A stretch of 60,268 nucleotides of DNA, counting the filler, from Hausera hauseri (lineage: Eukaryota), in the NCBI GenBank assembly GCA_046269625.1. It is 10 parts of 10 records of this genome, joined end to end, with 100 filler letters (N's around TTAATTAATTAA, not from the genome) between each part and the next. Parts side by side here need not be neighbours in the genome. Positions count along the whole stretch, not along the records: positions 49,576 to 55,098 come from JBJURY010236851.1; positions 55,199 to 60,268 come from JBJURY010345491.1; 8 more parts are not named here. One strand, given 5' to 3'. Below, in pieces: positions 51,688 through 60,268 of the stretch. The position numbers and the translations under genes are program-made. Numbering within the stretch: the first letter of the stretch is position 1; each line of letters begins with the position of its first letter. The notes under the pieces are model-generated. The model searched no databases and was not told where the DNA came from. It was given only the letters and a program-made list of their open reading frames with translations.

Positions 51688-52782
51688 TGTTGTAATCAAC
51701 AAAGAACAATTATTATTACATATTTTATTTAGCAGTACTAAAATGCATGTAATATTGTAAAAATTCTCGGCTCTGTACTTTAATATGTAATATGTAGCAT
51801 GCATGCTTGTCCATTTTTGTGATGTTTTTCTTGTTTGTTTTTTGGCGTTGTGGTTGTTGTTTATATAGGGCTTTTATTTTTTGTAGGTCTATTTCAGACA
51901 AAGTGGGTGTCATGTTACCTAATTTGGTAACAGTTGTGGTTTGTGGGTGTTAATTTAAAATGTAGGGGTTAGTAGTTACTTTTTTTAGTAACTGTATGTC
52001 TAGCTTTTAAGCTGATTCATCAGTTACTCTTATTTTTGTAATTTCTGATTTTTGTAATTATTTTTAACCTTAACCCAACATACACATATACATACACATA
52101 TACAGCCAATAGCGTGTTTTTGGAATTATTCGAACTTGAACATTCTGTGAGGCACAACAGATATAACTTGTTTTAGAATTGATTAGTCAATAGTATTTGC
52201 ATTTAGAAATTTGGAAAACATTAATAAAAGTATCAAAGTTCATTTTATTGAAATTGCAATCGTAAATATGAAAAGTTTTTGTCGAATTTATGATGTTTGT
52301 TTATTAGAAAATACAATGAATGGCAAGAATTGTGTTAAACTGAAACTATATGTAAAATAACGATAAAAAACTTTAAACATATTTCTTTATCAAAATTTTA
52401 AATGAAGTCAAATTTAATCCAGTATTAACTTCAAATAAAATATTGAATACATTTTGCTAAAATCTCAAAGCATTAGTGCGTAAAACGTATGTAGCTAGAA
52501 TCTCAAAGCATTAGTGCGTAAAACGTATGTAGGCGTTCGAGGGTTACTATTCACTTGAAGCATTTGAGTTTGCAGATAAATCAATGCACAATTTCAAATT
52601 ATCATGTTGTATGTTAGTAGGCTTGTTAGTAGGCTTACTTGAAACATCCGTAAAGTATTGCGTTCAATAAGCTTGAAGTTAAAGATTTTTTGCATGGCAT
52701 GTACCGTCTGTATCGAAAGTCTGTGTGCATGATACAGAAATTTTTGTAATTTTAACCTTATCCCAACATCTTCCTCCCCTTA
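51688..52782 (-). mobile_element. PPT (52769-52782) and LTR-like region with duplicated start
   Basis: Minus strand AAGGGGAGGAAGA then TGTTGGGATAAGGTTAAAA at 52768; near copy TGTTGGGTTAAGGTTAAAA at 52080; TATATAAA near 51865, AATAAA near 51728, candidate end ..TACAACA at 51688; internal 38-bp direct repeat at about 52456-52532. Confidence 0.65.
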
Positions 52783-52932
52783 AAAGAGATTTTTCTTTAT
52801 TGAAAAATCTGGCGTAAATCCGATTTCATTTTTACAATTAAAATACAAAAAAAAATAAAAAAGTATAATAAATACGAAAACACAAGTATTATACATAAGA
52901 GAAGAATAGCAGATTAAAACAGTTTTATGAAG

Positions 52933-54984
52933 TTACAGTTGGATCACACATTTGTAATCTCTTTCTACTTCTTCTTTCGTTGTTGTACTGTTGGAAAGTC
53001 CGTAGAGATTTTCTAAAATAAGTTCGTCTTGTTTGGCGAACAGTAACATTTTGATTTTCTGCTTGCTAGTGTTTTTCAGCTTTATCATTCTGCCTTGCCG
53101 TGGTTTTGGAACTGGTATCTTGTCTACTTGCATTGGGATAGGTTGCTGAGTCATTATTGGGTCCTCATTACGGTTTAATAGTGTTTCTACATTATTTCCG
53201 ATCAGTGCTAAATGCAGTGTGTTGCATTTTAAGTTCCGGTAAACAAATCCGATCAACTGTCCGTGAAGTTGATTTGGCAAAATTTGGTTTTCCTGATTTT
53301 GAGTCGTTTGTGGCTCAAAAAGGAAATTGACATTAATTGTCTGGAGTTTTTCTCCGTATATCAACATAGATAGCTTGGTTGAGGATACTTCCTTTTTTGG
53401 TTGTATTTCATTTATTGCTTTAGGACATCTGTTTTTCAATTGTTGAATAAGACTCATTTTTGCATTTGAGTTTTCTTTTGGTTGTATTATTTCCAGTTGG
53501 TAGTTTTCGTGATATTTTTCTGGTATTACTTTGAAATCGGCATAATCGATAAGATTATTTGATGGTGCTTCCCATTCAAATTCTACTTTTTCATTAGAGC
53601 ATGTGTTAGTTAATTTACCATGGATGTCCATTATCGTTTGAATTATACTTTCCGCGTTTTTGGGAAAGTCATATGTGTATCCATATACTCGCGGTAATTG
53701 GGTCAAGTTAATTTTGAGATTTTCCTCCTTGAATCTAGTTTTGGTATTACTTACAGCCAACAGGTCGATCACTCCAAATAAGAACTGTTCTGGAATTCTT
53801 AGTGCTTGAATAATTATTCTGGTATTTGCGCTGATTACGGTATATCCGAACAAGTATTTAATCACTTCACTTCTAACTTCTTCTTCATCTTCTGATTGCT
53901 GAATTATCGAGAGAGAGAGCCCGTGAACATGCTCATTGGTATTTGATATTTTCTTTCTAGGATTAATGTAGGCCTGATAGATTCTGAGTCTTTCCTGATT
54001 TGTGATGATGACTTCAACAGGCAGTGGTTCGCCATTCATGCCATACGCTAGTGAGACTGCTAAATATCGTTGATTTACAGCTTTTGTTAGCTGATAATTA
54101 TTTATCTCCTTCGTCGGCCTTTTATAAAATATCGGTTCCATTAGTCCCATATTTTCTTTCATATATTGACAAATTTCGACTCCGAGTACCACTGGTATTT
54201 GTAGAACGCGGAAGTGTATATTAGTATGGAACATTGCAGACTTTAATTTCATCGTTGTCTTAGGTCCGATTGTGTTTATTCGTGGATCAATTCCGTCGTA
54301 ATTTTCGTTCTGAGCTCGCCATTGTATTCTTCCACAAGCAACGTGTATGAGGATTTTTTCAAATGGTGGTTCCGGCTGAAACATTTTGGCGAAGTCAACA
54401 TCATATAATGGGCTTTCTAATTTAATAATTCGAAATAATCTTTCATTTAAGGTGGTTGTTTTTAGAGAGTTATCTAAATATCGACATTGGGTATACATTA
54501 AATCAGCTGAATCTTCCATAAGTTGAGTTAATTTGTTGTAGAATTTTGAGGAATAAAGATTGTTATGAGTATCATATATTGTGACAAATTTCGGATACAT
54601 TTCTGCCCATATGCGATTCTTCAATCGGTCTTGTTCAGTTTCCTCTAGATTTTTGGTAATCTGTTCTTCCAATCTCATTCTTTTATTGTCAGGTAAGTCT
54701 GCATAAGTGAAAGATTTTCTTCTTATTTCGTTTTGAGTTTCAAACATTTTTGTATTTTCCAGTCTCATTTTTGGGACAGTAGTGCTTAAAATTCCTCTGC
54801 TCTTTGTGAATGGTTGAATTGGATTCTGGAACGTGAAAGAGGTGGTGCACTGATTAGAAGGTAGTATAACCCTTCGTTTAGGGTTAGGGACTACAGATAC
54901 GACTGAACTGTCACTGTCGGATCCATCTAGGTCTGGATTGAACTGAGTTTCGGTTGGTTCTGGAATATAAGTTGGTGTATCCAT
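52933..54984 (-). CDS. Intact LTR-element cargo protein with a central pseudo-DEDDh (REX/ISG20-like) exonuclease domain
   Basis: Uninterrupted ORF (711 aa from 55068; likely start MDTPTY at 54984); YLAVSLAY..IYQAYINPRKKISNTNEHVHGLS..EEVRSEVIKYLFGYTVISAN..GVID follows the DEDDh pattern; ends about 150 nt before the PPT. Confidence 0.7.
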   Translation of the reverse strand: MDTPTYIPEPTETQFNPDLDGSDSDSSVVSVVPNPKRRVILPSNQCTTSFTFQNPIQPFTKSRGILSTTVPKMRLENTKMFETQNEIRRKSFTYADLPDNKRMRLEEQITKNLEETEQDRLKNRIWAEMYPKFVTIYDTHNNLYSSKFYNKLTQLMEDSADLMYTQCRYLDNSLKTTTLNERLFRIIKLESPLYDVDFAKMFQPEPPFEKILIHVACGRIQWRAQNENYDGIDPRINTIGPKTTMKLKSAMFHTNIHFRVLQIPVVLGVEICQYMKENMGLMEPIFYKRPTKEINNYQLTKAVNQRYLAVSLAYGMNGEPLPVEVIITNQERLRIYQAYINPRKKISNTNEHVHGLSLSIIQQSEDEEEVRSEVIKYLFGYTVISANTRIIIQALRIPEQFLFGVIDLLAVSNTKTRFKEENLKINLTQLPRVYGYTYDFPKNAESIIQTIMDIHGKLTNTCSNEKVEFEWEAPSNNLIDYADFKVIPEKYHENYQLEIIQPKENSNAKMSLIQQLKNRCPKAINEIQPKKEVSSTKLSMLIYGEKLQTINVNFLFEPQTTQNQENQILPNQLHGQLIGFVYRNLKCNTLHLALIGNNVETLLNRNEDPIMTQQPIPMQVDKIPVPKPRQGRMIKLKNTSKQKIKMLLFAKQDELILENLYGLSNSTTTKEEVERDYKCVIQL

Positions 54985-55098
54985 GATGCTGAAAAAGAAT
55001 GAAATAGTATAGCAGGTCGTTTTTAACGGCCTGTTCAAAGAGTAGGTGGTTACTCTTTGACTTTTCATTTGATATTTGTGTTGGTGTAAATCTATTGG

Positions 55099-55198
55099 NN
55101 NNNNNNNNNNNNNNNNNNNNNNNNNNNNNNNNNNNNNNNNNNTTAATTAATTAANNNNNNNNNNNNNNNNNNNNNNNNNNNNNNNNNNNNNNNNNNNN
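55099..55198. other. Artificial contig linker 9
   Basis: Same 100-bp spacer. Confidence 0.99.
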
Positions 55199-58100
55199 GT
55201 TTAAATTCCAGGCATCGACAGGTGAGTTTGAAAGGCTGGAGGAGCCTGTATAATCCCCGAGCTCCTTGATCCAATCTCCGAGGCTTCCCGCCGTTTTGTC
55301 ATAGAATTTTAACGGGGACCAGTCAACGGATAACTTTGCGGCGCAGAGCAACGCCTTCAGACTATTCTGCCTTATTGTTTCGAAGGCATCTTCACCTTGC
55401 TTGCTGAGGTTCACTGACGGTATCGATTTTACCATGAAAGACAGGTGATCTTCAACCTCTTGGTGTCTAATGCACGATTCGCTAGCCTTCTCTATTCTCT
55501 GACATGGATGGATGATCTCAGCACTGGATGCCGACACAGTAAAATCGCTGTCAAGTAGTCTCAGTGTATCGATTACACCGCAGCGGTACGCGTATTCAGG
55601 ATACCAGTTGTCCCCGTTTCCAGACGAAGAGTTCCTATCGCCTTCCGGGCATGAAGAAAAGTTTTTGTCCACTCCCCAAGATACGATATCACTTGATATT
55701 ATAAAATGGTCGCCATATTTTATCTCCTCTATGGTAGCATTCTTTGTTTCTGTAGATCTCGGGTGTATTTCCTGAAATTCGAAATCACGAGGAGATAAAT
55801 CGACTGCATCATGTGAGGGTTCTTCTTGTTTGAATCTCTGAGCATTTTTTTCTGAGAATTGTACCATGCCAGTGGCTGATCGAGCCCGTGGTTTACGCCC
55901 TGAAGGAAAGTTTCCGTTATTTTCATCACCACTTTGGAGGAGACAATTTTCTACCCGCATGTAAGAAAATTGTTCATTTGACTGTGGCTTTTTGTTATGC
56001 GTAGAAAGATCTTTAGTGGAATCTGTCGGGTTTTTTAGATCGAGCCTCTTTTTCTGGAATTCATTAGCTATTCTTCCATGTCCCCGAAAGCAATGCCCAA
56101 AAGTTCGCTTATTTTTAGAACACTTTGGTCGTGTAGACTCAGTCAACGGATTCTCGCTCTTTTGCTGGCTATCCGCGTCGTTTTGCAACGAACTGCAGTA
56201 AAACGGGACACCATTTTTAATCGAATGTATATTTCTTCTTTCATGCAGCTGCAGCGGCTGCTCGGGGGTGATTATCTGATAAAAGAGATCAATCACTCCC
56301 TCCCGGTACACACCAGACTCGTGTCTGTGGCAAGCCGAGTTTGACCGCGACCTTGGAGCACTAACAACGGTATAGTCGCCGAGCGTATAATCTTCGTCGT
56401 CCTGCGGTATTAGTCGTCTGTAGTCTTGAAATTTTGGTGACTGTCTTCGAGTATCGATATGTTGAGCTGACCGTGTTTTAATGCTGTAATCACGATCAGA
56501 AGGATAGTCATCGTGGTCAGGACCACTTCCACCCTCGCAGTACTGTCGGTTCATGCTTTGAACGCCACGATGTCTACCTGTGGTGAAACGGTTGCAGCCG
56601 TGACTTTCCGGAAACACTGTGCTATGTGGGGTCAAGAGATCTTCTTGCTGGTCAAGACTTCCGTGATGGTAGAAGGAATCCTTTCTTCTGTCCTCATACG
56701 TCACCACTCTTTGTATGTCAATGGGAGTACTTCTGCAGCTTGACGAGTTATGACTTTCGTCATGGAAATCATGACGTCGGGACGTCTTTCTTGCGCAACC
56801 CATTCTTATGTCGGATTCATTTTCCGATTTCTGATTTCTGCGCAGCCCACGTCTACCAGCTCTCACCCTTTCATCTGCATCTTCTTCCAGATACTCACTC
56901 TCAATCTCCCCACCAGAGGCTGGTAACGTATTCTCGCTGTTTTCCTCATCGTGCGAGTCTCCTGTTGAATTTCCCAGAGTGGTCGAGCGACTTTCCTGGG
57001 TTTCTGCGTGAGAGTAAATCTTTTTCTGGAGTCGTGCTATTTCTCTCCCACGGGAACCTTTTTTATTTTCACGCATTGTTACAACAGATTCCCTATAAGT
57101 GGAGCCTTGCCCGAGGACTTCACTGTTTCTCGATTCTAAGCTGTGAGATGATCTGGACGAGGTGCTCTTCACTCCATGACTCTTGAATCTTCCATCGGCC
57201 GAGTTGTATGGAGTTACATGAGCTTTCTCTCCGCTGGATAATTGTCTTCCAGTGTCGTATTTAAAAGATGACGACCGGTAAGAAAGACGCCCGGAATTAC
57301 TTTTTCTACTGTCAACGTCTTCATAATCCGAACTTCTAACAGATCGATCTTTCATTGATTTAATTGACCCAGTTTCTCCGTACTCGTCCTGGAGTTCACT
57401 AAACCTCGACTCTCTGCCGCGTCTCTCGCGGCAGTGCAGGGTGGCTTTTAACCGCTTCTGATTGTCATAGTCCGACTGTTCGATTGGTGATTGCTTAGAA
57501 ATGCTGACAGATTCATCGTGACTGGTGACGTCGTCGTCGTCATAATGACTATCATAATTTTTCGACCCGCGTAGGCTTCGAGACCTTGGCTTAAACTCGC
57601 AGAGAGATCTGTCATCATGTTCTGACTGAAACCCGTCACTCGACTCTCGGCACCGATATTCGCTGGGCTGGGACGAATATATAGGCTTTGACTGAGTTTT
57701 GTTAATGAAATCTTTGCGCGCATCTTTCATTTGTCTTAGCCCCGAATGTTCTTGATATCCTTGACTCGATCGTCTTTTGGACGATCGCAAGGATTCCATC
57801 AAGCTTGGCGTTGCTCTCATTTCCTCGGTGTCCGAAAATTCTTTGTTTTTATGCGATCTCTTTCTTGATCTGGTGTCTCGATCATCAACACAGCCTGCCA
57901 TTGTCACTTCCGTGCTAGAGCAATCAGTATTTGGTATTGACGAAGGCTTGGAAGATACAACGCTAAGCGGACGCTCTGCTCCTTTTCTAACTAGGCCGTG
58001 TTGATCTTGGATGGATTTAAAAAGTGGAGTTCCTTCCAAGATCGTATTTCTATCTTTTTCAAAGCTTACAGGATCGATATTCGGGGATCTCTTTGCGCCC

Positions 58101-60110
58101 TTTTGCTCGGAAGAGTTTGAAATAGATCGATTCATCTCGCCCATTTCTGTGACTCCATAAGTTGTGCTGTCATCTTGTCTGCCTCCATGAAAGCCTTCAG
58201 ACAAATGTCTCGTCCTCCGGTGTTCGTGATCAGATTTCGTAGTGTCTGCTGACAGCTGACCCGAGGCTGACCGACCCTGATAATAGCGACTACTTAGCGA
58301 AAATTCAGAAGTCGCTTGGTCATGTTGTCGCTGAGATGATACCTCGCAGGCCGATCTTTGCATGCCTAATGCTGGCCTACCGACGTCGCAGTACTGTCCT
58401 CTCTTGAAAGAGTCACAGGGCGATGGGCATCTTTCAGTCAGAAGTGGCAGACTACAGTCAATTTCTCTCTGTGATGAGGGGTAGGAGTCCTTGATCCTTT
58501 CGTAGTCCCCGGGCTGACAAATGCAGTGAGCTGTTTCACTCAAGTCAGTCGCACCCATCTTCACTGATGTTGTTAATTCATTATCTAAACTATCTGGATG
58601 TTCGCCGGATGATTTTTCTGCACAGCCCATTACGTTCAGTACGACAACATTGCCAGGTGAACGCATTGATGTGCATACCTGGATACTAGTTGGACTTCGA
58701 ATTTCATATTTTACTGTTATTTGCATATCTTGTGTTGTTTCCGACGTAGCATCTTTGCATGTTTCATCTCCACGTCTTATACCTTCTTCCCTTCTGACTA
58801 GCTGTATAGGTTCTTTACTGGAGACAGTTCTAGCAGGGATTTCAGTGTATACTGGCTCCTCCTTCTTCGTGGTTCTCATGTCTATCGGGCGCCCAGACAC
58901 ATATTCCTGCGATCTCTCCCTTAATCTAGTTTTACTCGTCCTTCTGCTTTCAGTCACTGTAGGTGTTCTTCTCTCTTGTTGTTTGTCATCTCGTGTGATC
59001 TGGCCCCCGTGAGCCTCAAATTCTTTCTCGGCAGGTGATGCGGGCAGTCGGCTGTCTTCAGCAGCTGGCTTCTGCTCACCGATAGACTGCCTCCTCTCGT
59101 ATTGTAGAGTCTGTTTAGAATCACTTTCAGCCAGAGTTTCTACGTGTTCAATGTCTTCTCGAGGTATGCTTTCAACAAGAGATTCCTTTTCAGACTGATC
59201 CAGCACTTCGTTCTCATCACGTAAACTGTGTTTCTGAGACATTTCAGCTTCAGCAAAGTCTCTGCTGGGAACCGCCTGTGGCTTGTTGACTCGCTCCAGG
59301 GATTGCTTGGCCTGTTTAACAAATTGCTTATCAGAAGCTGTCACAGATTCACGGCTATCAGTTTGCGATTTTTTATCCGAGCCGGACGACGAGCGTTTTC
59401 TTTCAGTGAGAGTTTGGACTGCAGGTAAATCTGACCGCTGGCTCATTTTTCGTTCAGAAGTTTTCCTAGATACGATCTCAGGTGTTGGTTTTCTATCAGA
59501 AGCTTTCACAGATGTTCTACTGCCACGCAATCGATCTTCGTCTGGCTTTACCTGCTGAATAACTTGTTCTTTTTGTTTTTTGTCTGGTTCTTTTACGGGG
59601 CGATCACTTCTTCTACGGTTTCCTTTGCCGGAGACAGCTGGCTGCTTTTTGACGTCACTCCTTCTGGACCTCGATTCCGATCTGCTGTCTACCAGGGAGT
59701 GCTCGTCCGGTGGCTCTGTCGACTGACTGCTTTCAAGTATACGATCGCCATCAGACGTGATTGTCGACTGACTGGCTAAAATGTCTCTTTCAATTACAGG
59801 CGTCTGCCGCCGCATATCCGCCACGCGTTGCCTTTCACCAGTAACGGCAGACTGTCGACCATAGGACGTGGAGTGTCTGTCGGTAGCTGACAAGAAACGT
59901 CTGCCGTGATTAGTTTGTCTTGATTTGTCCTTGGCGTCGGACCTGCGTGTGTCCCTTTGCCGGAATGACTCTACAGAGTGTCTTCTGTTGTTGTAGAATG
60001 CCGGAGTTCCGTGCCGCCTTGGACTCGACCGCCGGTCCTTTCTGGTGACAGGCGGCTCATTCCAGTCATCACATACTTCGTATGGTTCAGGGTCTTTTAG
60101 ATACGCCAAG
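55199..60110 (-). CDS. Giant exon of a host gene encoding a Ser/Arg/Glu/Asp-rich, probably disordered protein (3'-truncated)
   Basis: About 4.9 kb open frame; candidate acceptor TTGTTCTCCAG ending at 60111; no recognisable domain; visibly more GC-rich than the other contigs. Confidence 0.7.
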
Positions 60111-60268
60111 CTGGAGAACAACATGAAGATTAATTTAGACAATACAAAGTTTTTAAAAATTAGTTTGTTCTGCTGTTTATGCAATTACCTACATCCAAAC
60201 CAGCTGACACTTTCTCCATGATATGATTTAACCCTTATTTCTTCACATTTGGTTCAAGGTGGGAGGGG

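Noticed and set aside
55512-59779. Many short + strand ORFs
   Set aside because: Antisense shadows of the long minus-strand exon; the same applies to short ORFs opposite pol, env and PolB.
1-60268. Window as a giant-virus or prokaryotic genome segment (PolB, ankyrin, RING, capsid)
   Set aside because: PolB is the protein-primed Polinton type and is pseudogenised; coding density is low; introns and animal transposon families dominate.

Overview
This is not one continuous locus. It is ten contigs (about 4.4-9.5 kb) joined by nine artificial 100-bp linkers (N44-TTAATTAATTAA-N44). The content is repeat-rich, mostly AT-rich animal-type DNA; short introns, an RTE LINE and a CsRn1-like gypsy would fit a flatworm-like invertebrate (inference only). 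Recognisable parts are decayed Polinton/adintovirus genes (one near-complete pPolB pseudogene, two more pPolB C-termini, a penton fragment), a CsRn1-like Ty3/gypsy relic, piggyBac, Chapaev-like and RTE fragments, an ABC-F pseudogene fragment, a spliced SEA-like host gene and one giant low-complexity exon. The main signal is shared across contigs 2, 3, 4, 5, 8 and 9, which look like pieces of a family of cargo-laden Ty3/gypsy LTR retroelements. (i) A chuvirus/herpes-gB-like fusion glycoprotein lies after gag and before protease-RT-RNaseH-integrase. (ii) The integrase GPY/F tail runs in frame into signal-peptide/FN3-like/TM membrane modules, and a related polyprotein ends in a cytoplasmic ankyrin array. 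(iii) A DEDDh-exonuclease-like domain lacking its catalytic residues recurs three times, and RING-finger ORFs sit just before the PPT and LTR start. All homology calls are by-eye motif recognition, and boundaries of decayed features are approximate.
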